NCBI GenBank assembly: GCA_950097015.1
Contig: CATNEN010000001.1
Location: forward strand, 14,632,001 to 14,696,000
Source: Macrostomum hystrix
Taxonomy: Eukaryota > Animalia > Platyhelminthes
Reading direction: 5' to 3'
DNA length: 64,000 bases
Shown here in pieces: positions 24,680 through 35,227 of the stretch. Every line of letters begins with the position of its first letter. Position 1 is the first letter of the stretch. Made by a program: the position numbers and the translations under genes. The notes beneath the pieces are model-generated. The model did no database searches, was not told where the DNA came from, and saw only the letters and a list, made by a program, of their open reading frames with translations.

Positions 24680-25510
24680 TTTAGAGTCAGCTGCAGAAGA
24701 ATGCCTGTTTAAGAGTACCGATTGATTTGCGATTAAGAATGAACATTCGCACCTGTCTGTCCACACACAGCTGGGCAGACCAGCTGTGTGTAGATCACCA
24801 GCCACGTTTGACGATGAGTATACTAACTAAAGGCCAGAGTGGATTGTCCAACAAAACAGGATTATCCTGCTGAAAAGCCATGGGTCAATTGAATAATAGC
24901 GCCTATAACGAAGGGAAATCCCCATTAAACACTAAGTCTCCACGGGCGCCAGAGTCGAGAAATCAGTTCTGCTCACCACTTTCGCTTCCCATGAGAAGAT
25001 ACTTCTCTTCGCTTTCGCACTCTATTGCCAAAATGTTCAAGCAGGGGAAGTGAACTTTCTCGAAGTGAAGCTACCCCGTGGGAATCATACTAGCGTAGAT
25101 AATTGATTATTATTTGTGATTATTATTCAATCATCAGAAATGCTGAACCTGTTGGATGCCCCGCACTTTCCAGGGCACCTTTTTAAGTTGGAAGTTGGGT
25201 ATGCCGGTTGTGCATGACTAGAATGACACATCAGACTCATTCATGAGAACTGCGCTGTCCAAATTGTATGGCTGGTGCTGACAGGAATAAATATGAGCAA
25301 ATTAGTCAGTATGATAGAACTGGCATCTTTTTGCAGCTGGCTCCAAGAATTGGGAAAGTGCATGCTATATGAATTCCACAACATTTTACCGGGCTAACTA
25401 TGGGTGTATAAGCGAATACTTCTGTAAAATGTGTGGAATAAGCGATGCGCCTTTGATGACCAATGTTTTAGGTGTCTAGCTGGGAGACAGATTCCCTCAG
25501 TAATCAAACA
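24680..25510 (+). pseudogene. Degenerate Helitron-type Pif1 helicase, C-terminal half
   Basis: Collinear across frameshifts: LRLRMNIR (L..NMR), WADQL, RTLLPK..EVN..LP..SVD, EMLNLLDAPHFPGHLFKLEVG-PVV (EFLNSL..GLPPH.L.LKVG.PV), VLTGINMSKLV and NVLGV*L. Confidence 0.6.
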
Positions 25511-25877
25511 GGTGAATTCTTTGATGTCATTGCAGATAGCAGGCTGGCTGCATAGTATTGGGCCTCGAGAGAGATGTTGGAAATGGACATTTCGCTGCTA
25601 TTTATTTATTTATTACATACCCCAGTGAATGCGCTCTGTGAAACGGCAGAATAATTTTGCTGCGGACAGTAGGATTGACATAAAAGATTCTAATGAATCA
25701 TGCAATAATGCTGTTCCGCTTGCGAAAGACACTGCCAAACCAGCAAACCCTTTTTAATAGCAGTATTGATGCCACTTTCTGATGAGATTGTGAATCGTCT
25801 GTGCTAAAATGTTTGGTGTCTATAGTTCATTTATTTCGCCATTTCAGCTCTGCGGGCCACGGCATGGCGAAGACAGC

Positions 25878-26097
25878 TGACTAATAACTGCATTATGACT
25901 GACTAATAACTGCATTATGATTGACTAATAACTGCATTATGATTGACTAATATCTGCATTATGATTGACTAATAACTGCATTATGATTGACTAATAACTG
26001 CATTATGATTGACTATAACTGCATTATGATTGACTAATAACTGCATTATGATTGACTAATAACTGCGTTATTATTGACTAATAACTGCATTATGATT
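25878..26097. repeat. 22-bp tandem repeat (tgactaataactgcattatgat)n, ~10 copies
   Basis: Direct inspection. Confidence 0.95.
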
Positions 26098-26511
26098 GTG
26101 CACTTTTGTTTGACTATGCTATGCTTTGTGAAATATTTACTATGATTAATGATAACAGCCTTACCTAACAGCCTTATGTAAATAAATTGTAAAAAAGAGG
26201 CACATGTTTCAGTAAAGCCAATACCGTAAAAAATTCTGACGTGTGAATTTTTCTACTGACAGTAGAGTAACAGACATCAGGATCTAAATGTGTTATTATA
26301 ATAAGTCCACACAGTGGAGAGTGTAGACATATAAGTTTCTTTTATGTATTTATGTCAATCTGTCTAGCAGTCTGTCAATGTATCTGTCCACTAACTGTCA
26401 TACAAATATGTCATACTGTCATACAGATCTGTCATCTGTCATACAAACTGATTTAGGCACAGCTGATTTAGGCATAGCTGCGAAACTTATTTGAATCAAA
26501 CTGGTTGAATC

Positions 26512-26680
26512 AGCCATTGATATTAGCTAATACATTGCAAACTATCGAGATGGGATCTGATTTGAAATGCACTCGTATTCAAAAAGGGATTTGATTTAAA
26601 GTGGGATTTGACAATGCGAATGAGGCGTGTGAGAAAAGAGAAGTTTGCTGAGGAGTGTGACTAGAAAGGGGAAGAGGAAA
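26512..26680. repeat. Diverged ~165-bp direct repeat, second copy at ~31091-31258
   Basis: agccattgatattagcta...gaaaagagaagt(t/c)tgctgaggagtgtgactagaaa is shared. Confidence 0.8.
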
Positions 26681-27485
26681 TAATGTGAAAATTGAGCAAT
26701 GAAACTATAGAATATAATCAAAGGAGAAAAGGCAGAACTGAGCTTCTGAGATCGGGTTTAAACTGGAACAGCATAGGACAATTTATTACCGTAGATATTG
26801 TTTAATATATCTACAAGCGGAATGGTATCTGATTGAAAATAGTATAATATTTTAATTGGGATTTGATGAAAATGAGTACCTCTGAGTTCTTCAAATGTAT
26901 GAAGTTTCAGATCAGCAGATCTGCAAGTCTTGAAGACTGATTATCGCTAGCTGACAAACTGACAGTTTGTGACAATACTGAGTATCCTAAGTTCTTAAAT
27001 TCGCCTTCTCTGTTCTATGCAGTGTAATTTAAATCGCATGAAAGTTTGCAACGATATGGTTCCCCTGGCATGAATCAATTTTCTCTTCCTGTACTTTTAT
27101 TGTAATACTTCTCAGTTCAACAAATAACCACTGTAAGATCTGCAAATAGTGGACTATTTTCACTCTGAGATTAGGCAATATCTCCCAGTTTAGCAAGTAA
27201 TCGTCAGTTCTTGACACGCGCCTTCTCTGTTCTATGCAGTGTATTTTAAATCGCATGAAAGTTTGCAATGAAATGGTTGCCCTGGCATGAATAAATTTTC
27301 CCTTCCTGTACTTTTATTATAATACTGTGTTAATCCAAGCGAAAGAAATGAGTCTGTAGTAAAAGTAAATGTAAGCAAATAATCAAAATCGTAGTTCATA
27401 ATCATTAAAAACAATTTATTATAACAACAATTTAGTTATCATAACAACAATTTATTGTTTATTAGTCTTATAAATTTTCAATAAA

Positions 27486-27974
27486 TTATCGCTTCGTTTT
27501 GCGTTCCTTGGTGCGGTTGCTGTTGTTGCAGCTGCTACTGCTGCTGCTGCTGCTGCTCCACTGATCCTGCTGCTGCTGCCCCTGCTGCTGCTGCTGCTGC
27601 TCCTGCTGCTGCTGCCCCTGCTGCTGCTGCTCCTGCTGCAGGCGTAATCTTCGGATCTGCTCCTGCAGCCTCTGTTCCTGTGCTTCCTTTTGCTTCTGCT
27701 GTTGCTGCTGCCGACGGTGGGGCACCGAGCGACGCGGTGAGGCCCACCGCAGAGGTAACACGAGACTGTATGAATTGAGTGTTAAGAATGTTGCAATGAG
27801 TGATAGAATTGTACCAATTTTAATGTCTAACTGAATGCCTGACGGAAGGACTTCGTGCAAATAAATGACCAAGCAATGTATAGAATTATAGGCAGACACA
27901 ATGTTACTTACTGGGTCCTCTGCGGTGGCCTTTTCGACCGCGACGTCCGCCGCCGCCGCCGCCGCCGCCGGCAT
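27486..27974 (-). CDS. Small Ala/Gln-rich ORF, possibly spliced (MPAAAA...EDP|gtaagt), divergent from the RPA-like gene
   Basis: ORF track; strong donor after EDP; polyQ C-terminus. The acceptor is not clean. Confidence 0.35.
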   Translation of the reverse strand: MPAAAAAAADVAVEKATAEDPVSNIVSAYNSIHCLVIYLHEVLPSGIQLDIKIGTILSLIATFLTLNSYSLVLPLRWASPRRSVPHRRQQQQQKQKEAQEQRLQEQIRRLRLQQEQQQQGQQQQEQQQQQQGQQQQDQWSSSSSSSSSCNNSNRTKERKTKR

Positions 27975-28641
27975 AGTAGTTGTGGTTGATTTTCATGGTT
28001 GTGGGCCTATTCAATGTTGTACGTCATATAAATATACTCCACCGTAAGGGCTGGAGTTCAACCAGTGCTCAAAACCCTGCAGATTAGCTTGGTCCATTCT
28101 GATTGGCTTAGAGCTGTTAGGCAGTCCAAAGTTGTCTCAGCCAGTTTGCGTCTAGAAGTTTTTTTGTATCGTCTAGACGTTACGTTGTAGTTGAGGTAGG
28201 ACAGCTTAATGCTGTGTGATTTGAGATTGGTGTATACAGTGGGTGGTGTTCTGCCATTTTGACTGGCTTAGCTTTATCAGCGCATTAGGGTATGGAATTG
28301 TACCATGGTTAATATCAAAGCTGTTTCTGATTGGTCAGCAGCTTTTGGGCCCACTCCTCACTTATGTTATTGGGGGTGGTGGATTTGAGGGGGTCTGGAA
28401 GCCAGAGGCGGTTGCCACACCCAATTGAAAGTGGCGTGAGTCATCGCACTTTTAAGTGCACGGTGGGTTGTTATTTTGAAATTAATATAGAGATATAAGC
28501 GACAGCGTTTGTTTTCCACCGACTTTTATATCAAACTAAACAGCCCTATCTAAGTGCAAAATTTTTGTTTTGTCATTTCCTATACTTTTCTGTATACTTA
28601 ACAGAGTTTTCACTTTTATATATATAGATAGCAAACTAACG
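27975..28641. promoter_or_regulatory. Putative bidirectional promoter
   Basis: TATA-like motifs near 28026-28037 and 28485-28498, and several CCAAT/ATTGG boxes (~28103, ~28226, ~28330, ~28421) between two divergent genes. Confidence 0.35.
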
Positions 28642-30050
28642 ATGGAGTCGCCTGCCGGACAAGCTAAGAAGAGCAAAATGTGCGTATCTGCTCTGCTTCC
28701 GGGCCTGATGGAGGTTGCTGTCGTCGGCCTGGTGACGATGCTGACGACCATCAAGGACTTTGTCGGCAAGGACGAACCGGGCCAAGTGTTCTCCTTCGTC
28801 TTAAGTGATGACATGGGGGAAATTCGAGTGATCGTGTTTGGCACAGATCTGAGGCCACTTCTGGACGTCTGCCAAGCCGACGAGGCCGTGCGCATTACCG
28901 GAGGTTGGGTGAAGAAGGCAAATTCGGCGTACAACCGTACGGGTAACCAATACGAGATGACCGTATCTGTTGACAAATCTGGTGTTATTGCGAAGACAAA
29001 CGAGACGGTTTCTCGACGTGCAGCTATGTACAGGAAAATTAATGAGATTTCCGGAAGCCAGATTAACACGTGAGTAATATTGTTGACAGGTTATTATAGT
29101 CGCTTTACTCTAGGATCTTTGTGGCTTATTAGACTGCAGTTTATAGTTAACAGTAATAGTTACATAGTAATAGTAACAGTAATACATAGTTACAGTTTAT
29201 AGCTTGGCAGCTTTCGTGCAGTCGCTTTTAGTCATTTGTTTTCCATTTCCATACAACACAGGAATGTCGACGTTCGTGGAACAATCTCTGCCGTCGAGAA
29301 ACCGCGGGAAGTGAAAACTGGTGCCGGAAAGCTGGTCAACCTAGCGAAAGTGACGCTCGTGGATCAGTCTGGGTGCCAAGTATCGTGTACCTTCTGAGCT
29401 ACCTCTGCCACTAAGGTGACTAACTGGTCCGTGGGCGACGTTCTGGCCATTCGAGGTGCGCAAGTCCAGGAGTTCGCCGAAGCGGTTAGTCTCGGTTGTT
29501 CGAAAGCGGAAGTGCAGTATTGGCCAGAAGACTCTGCCGAAGTCTCTGATGTTTCCGACTGGTACAGACAGGCTGTGACTAGCCAACAGTGCTTCGAGTC
29601 AGTGCGCATGACCCAAAGTGTTCAACAGGAGAACAAGGCGTCACGAGATGACGAAATGGTGATGCAATACCCTGAGCGAATTTTTAGCCAATTCAACGGT
29701 GTACAACGAATCCGACTGCGTTTCGGAGACAAGGAGGTGAGTTTATTTGACGGAACTAACGCCAATTTTCTGCTCCGCGACTCTACCCTCTAACTGAGGG
29801 ACTGAATAATGCTGCTGACCACACCCCTATATTATGCATTTTCCATTGTCTAAAAGGATGCAAATATGGCGCGCACACGTATGCAACAATATTAGGACTT
29901 CCTAATTAAAGAGATTTTATCCCCCATTTCATTTCGCAGATTACATTCTCCCGAGACGGGCAATACAGGAGCCAGCAGGTCCTCACTTCTACGCCTAGAG
30001 CTGATGTGGCTGAGCATTACGGCGACTCGCGAATGTCTATGGACGAGTAG
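28642..30050 (+). pseudogene. Three-exon RPA70-like ssDNA-binding protein (two OB folds), one premature TGA
   Basis: Exons 28642-29069, 29262-29736 and 29940-30050, phase-consistent. DBD-A-like GQVFSFVLSDDMGEIRVIVF...VKKANSAYNRTGNQYEMT; DBD-B-like VDVRGTI...VTLVDQSGCQVSCTF*...VLAIRGAQVQEF...SL...WY. TGA at 29395-29397 replaces the conserved W of T-L/F-W. Confidence 0.85.
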
Positions 30051-32687
30051 TTAGTTCGGACAAGGATTTCAAACTGAACTACTCTGATTGAGTGTAGCAT
30101 GGGTGAGACAGTTGCTGTGTAATTGTGTCTGTGAGATGTTGCAGTGAGTCGCCATCACAAGTTGAGCCGCCTGATGTGTAAATGGTGTATGATAGTTGAG
30201 CTCTGCCCATTGGCCCAATGAGTCACATCAGCGTAAATCCTGTTCCTTTTGGAGCAGGTTGACTGCATATCAATGGGCCTTGAGAGACGTGGTTGAAATA
30301 CGTGTTCGCTGCTTATCACGATTCAGAGGTTCTTCCACGATAAAATGGAGGGTATGCAGCCATGGTCTGAAGCAGCCTAATCGCAGACCTTAAATCTTGT
30401 GATGGCCGACTAAGCATGTTGAGCTGTGCTGTGGCAAGAGTGAATGAACTTGCTTAATGCCGACCCCGGCTGTGAATGCTTTCCAAGCAGTAAAGCGTTT
30501 TGTGTGATGTTGAGTGCGTGAACTTAACTTGCCCCAGTGAATGCCTCTGACCAGCAGTACAGGGTAAAGCAAGCCAACAAGCAGTAGGATTGACACCATT
30601 ATTCTTGCAGTCAAATGCAATGAACTGTGCAATGATACTGTCTTGTTGGCGGAGCCTTCTGCAAGTTCATCATGTTTACTGTTTGTGTAAATATTTTAGG
30701 AGTAAGGCAGTTTTTTTTTCATTGAATTGAATTCTCTACATTTGATGTCTTCTTATAACGTCATAATGATATGCATTTATATAATAATAATTTTGCCGAA
30801 TGCTCAAACAATTATTAATTATTATTTTTTGTTTTCAATGTGTTTTGTAATTGAAAAAATACAAATAAATGTTTTAGTGGACAAAGACCAGTCCCATGAT
30901 TCATGAATCTACACTCCTGGTACCTGCCTTATTCTATTTTAAAAGACATTGTCAGGCATGCATTTGTAATGCAGAATGATACATAATGGATTACTAAGAA
31001 AATAGGTCAGATGAGAAATAGGATCTGATGAGAACTGGAATCATTAAGAAAAAGAAAGGAGATTAGAAATTGATCCATTGTTATTTAATTAGCCATTGAT
31101 ATTAGCTATCCATTATGAACTATCAAAATGGGATCTAATTTGAAATATACTTTCATGTAAAATGGGATTTGATTCAAAATAAGATTTGACAATGTGAATG
31201 AGGCATATAAGAAAAGAGAAGTCTGCTGAGGAGTGTGACTAGAAAAGAGAGGGGGAATTTAGTATGATAATCTGATATATCATATATCATAGCTATATAT
31301 AGCCAGTGTTAGCTTTATTAAAAGCGTCAAACCAAAGGTCGAAGGATGTAGCTCCAGTTGCTTTTGCAAAGTCCATTCACAATGAGATAGCTGCATTGAA
31401 CTGACTCTTTAAGTTATTTATTATAATAAGAGGGCCTCATTCAAGGGCAATAGTTGCAATGCTGAGCTACTTATTGTTCGGAACGTTGCAGTCGCAGTTA
31501 GTACGATGAGCAGGGCTTAGAAATTCACTTAAAAATGAAGAAAGTCAAAAATTTGTCTGAATGTGTATAAAACTGTAGTACACATGAGCAATACAAGCAA
31601 CAAGAAAATCGGAATAAAATTTCATTTCATTTTCAGTAACAACTACAAAAGTGCTCTGATATGCTCTGAAAATGCTCTGAAAAGTGCTATGTATAAAATG
31701 AGTAAGATAATTTTATGAAAAACGTTGATATATAAAAGCTCCAAACAAAGAAACCGTAAAAAAGCTGATAGTTTTGTTTTACCTAAAATTGCGTTAATAA
31801 CGATCTCCCAAAAAATTCCTGTTTTAAATAGAGAAAATTATCGTATTATTTTCACTTTTAAGTACTGAATATGGCTCCCCGAAGGGGGGCAAAAACTTGC
31901 TAGTTTTCATCCTAAATTCAGTAATTGGAGTAGCTTAAGTATAGACACTAGGAATAAACTAAGTCTGGGCTCTGTGGCAGAGTTGGTTGAGGTAAAATTC
32001 AATTGATGAAATTGGCGGGCCTTTCAGTGTAGGCGAATAAGAATGTACTCTCTGAGATGGCTGGCATTTTGAGCAGGAAAGGAATAAAATTTCAATGGTG
32101 AACTGTGCTTTTGCTTTTCAAGACTGGTGGTTGAAACTTGTTGCTAGAAAGAGCTTGAAGAGCTTATTTCAGGGATTTCATGTGATTTTCTTTTCGAAAT
32201 TCAAGAAACTGTGGATGCTGCAGTTGCTACAGTTTCTCGACAGTTTTTAAGCGAACGTACAGTGTTGCCTAGACTGCAACTGAGAGAGAAGGCCGCTAAT
32301 CAGTTTTTCGCACATTCTGACGTGGGGAGTTTTGGGCTGAGGAGGTGGGTCGGGCAGTCTGATTTATTTAAGAAAAAAGGGCGCGCACTGACTGAGGCGG
32401 TGAGGAGGCGGTCTGCTTAAACTATTTAGAATTTTTATTTGCTGAACTTCGCACATCTGCCTTGGCAGAGAGAGGAATGTGCTTACCAATAGGGCTGGCC
32501 TAGGGCTACCTCACTGTCCTCAAATGGACTATTCTGTTTTCACCTTATTTTAAGTTCACTGAGTTCTCTTTACATTGTCAGAGTTTGGCTGATTGTCAGA
32601 GTTTGGGAGTTTGGGAGTTCAACTTCCTCCAGAGGAGAAATTCAGCCATTTATAATAAAGCCAAGACTATTCTTGGCTTATTATACA

Positions 32688-32895
32688 GCGTAGCCCGCGT
32701 GGTTGCCGCAGCCAGCGTAGCCCGCGTGGTTGCCGTAGCCAGCGTAGCCCGCGTGGTTGCCGTAGCCAGCGTAGCCCGCGTGGTTGCCGTAGCCAGCGTA
32801 GCCTGCGTGGTTTACCGTAGCCTGCGTGGTTGCCGTAGCCAGCGTAGCCCGCCTGGTTGCCGTAGCCACTGTTGCCTTCGTAGCCGCCGTAGCCA
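32688..32895. repeat. 27-bp GC-rich minisatellite (agcgtagcccgcgtggttgccgtagcc)n
   Basis: Direct inspection; reads GYAGYGNHA on the minus strand. Confidence 0.9.
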
Positions 32896-33099
32896 GGCGC
32901 CGTGTCAGACTGCAGCCGTGCTCTGTAGCGGTGCATTGTCGGGCTCTGCAGCCGTGCTCTGTAGCGGGGCATTATCGGGCTCTGCTTCCTTTTTCCCTCT
33001 TGGGCGGGCTCAAGGTGTACGTGTCGAACTCCCTTTCCAATGGAGTTTTCCCCTATCCCCCTTTCGCAACTGCGGCCACGGGAGCGAGAGTGATGATCT

Positions 33100-34085
33100 A
33101 ATAATCTTACGCTTGCGTAATCACTCAGCCAGTGTTCTGTTTAATCTCTCCAGCCTCTGACTTCCTCAACTCACACAGATTCGGTTTGTCAGTTACTTAA
33201 TGTGTAGGCTGCAGTCTAATGTAAAGAATGTGTCTGATGTTCCATGAGTAGGATTCTGGCTACGGATTTTCATTCGAGTTCTTAGTACCACCTTTCTAGA
33301 CCCATGTAGCGAATTCAGGAATCCCCTTTTGAGGCGTGTCTCGATCCATTCTTGGGCTCTCACCCCAGTCTAAAACGGAAGTTGCAGAATGCCCTATTTT
33401 TGGCTTGTCTAGATCTGTGTGATAAACTGGGAGCCGTGTACTCCGGGGACCCAAGTTCCCAAATGTCTGCGGTGGCAACGTAGGCGCATTGGGTGCCTAC
33501 GATCAACTATCCGCTTTGCCGATAGCCTTTCCGCAGTTCTGTGACAAGAGCCTAGGCCGACTCGACCACCGCTACCAAGGTTAGGAGTCAGTTGCGCACG
33601 CACTACTGACGGCAGTAGACTAGTTAGCCCTGTCCTGTCCGATTCCGGGCAGTCCGACACCTCTCCTTAGACTTTTAGCCGGTTTCGAGCACAGCTTGGG
33701 GTAGGCACGGCAGTCATGCCTGTGGCCTATGGGACGAGTGGGACTGGCCAGCCTGAGGCCGATAGGACCACTCCCTGCATCCGCTGAACCTCCTTCTCTC
33801 CCTTCATCTCCTCCCTCTCTCCGCGACATCTCGCGTGCAGCTAGGCGGATACTTAAGTCGACTCTATCGCCCGCCTTAGGAGTATTCTCTCATGAGGGCA
33901 GGTCAGCGCTTGCAAAAGACCCAACCATTTCATCACTATTAAAAATAAGCGAAGTGACCACAGAACACAGAATACAGAATAGTGTATTCTGTGGACGTGA
34001 CTAGACGGAGCCTGAGTCGGACAAAACAACTTTTATTGCTTATTGCGCAATAAACAATCACTTGGGTTTTTATCTATTATACATC
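33100..34085 (-). mobile_element. Possible highly decayed LTR-retrotransposon remnant (integrase-like pieces)
   Basis: Minus-strand GSQFIT (DNGxQF-like) and RLERLNRTLAE*LR (ER.NRTL); PBS-like tggtcacttcg at ~33960-33950. Confidence 0.3.
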
Positions 34086-35227
34086 ACCTCTAAATGATCC
34101 ACAGCTCTTTTTGTTAAGAAGAGTATTCTTTCTTTATACCGCTCATTATTTCGAACGTAAAATTTTGATTATCAAAATGTGCCTTTAACATTGCAAGTCA
34201 ACTTTAGTTTGTCAGCAGCAGCAGCATCAGCAAAAGGGCCCTGGCTCACCGTGGCTTGTTGAGCCACACACGGTGGGCCAGGGCCGATCTGTGGTGCTGT
34301 GGAAGGTGAAGGTAGGTGCCGGGTCATCTGCCAACTTCACCCCGCCCCGGCACCTACCTTCGTGCGCAAGAAAATAAAAAGGTTTGTCAAACAAGTTTTG
34401 CTTTTTTATACCAAACTTATTCGCAATTCTTAAAAGTTGTAAAATTTTTTTTAAATATGCTATTAAAAATCCTTCAAAAACTATACCTGGTTTTGCAGGT
34501 TTTTACTTTGCTTTAAAAACTTTATATTGGTGCTAGCTTGTAAAACGAAATCTCTTTCTAGCCATTAGCTACACGTCGTTTAACAAGCCGCAAGTTTCAA
34601 ACCACAAATGCTAACACAATATGACCGACCATAAAGCAAAATGCACTCACCTTTAATATGACAGTCGCTAAATGCTATAACGTAGTCTTTGTCGTACGTG
34701 CCGCACTTCGTGTTTAACCATGCAGCTCATTCCATTAGCCAACTTAAAGCATTCGTTTAAAGTTGGATGCATGCCCATGTTGCCATTGGATAAAGCCTTT
34801 ATTATAGTTGCATATTTTTACTAAATAATGATATTTACGTTGCTTGCCAAATACCTATTACGTAATCAAATTATCACCCTTGCGCCTTAAAACTCATTTT
34901 TGACCTTTAGATCATGCGCCTGTAAAACGATCAAGCGCGTATCTAGTTATACTGCATTTACATGGACATCTATGCCGTCGTGTCTTTATTTATTTCACAC
35001 TTATTTAGTTCCCACATATACTGCATGCATAACTATTTATAAATTGCTTTAATTTTGCATGAAACCAAAGATTTATTCAGTTATATATGCTGGACCTTGC
35101 TTTGTGTTTCCGCACTTCAGATGCATGCTTAGCTTTGACTTACTTGACTTAGCTGCAGGGGGCATCTTCCGGATGCAGCGGGGAGGCGTTGCCGCCCATT
35201 CCGCTAGCCCCTGGCGACCACGGGCAA

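Noticed and set aside
4039-29397. Alternative genetic code or stop readthrough (in-frame TAG/TAA/TGA in the MTase, DUF4806, mariner and RPA genes)
   Set aside because: All three stop types occur, each one substitution from an expected codon and alongside frameshifts elsewhere; ordinary decay explains them.
24176-30435. LTR retrotransposon defined by the 309-bp direct repeats
   Set aside because: No TG...CA ends, PBS, PPT or gag/pol between the repeats.
30440-30560. Helicase motif VI (FTAG..VALS.VHSL) on the minus strand upstream of the APE, which would make a Helentron fusion
   Set aside because: It requires two frameshifts, and flanking motifs V and IV were not found; too weak.
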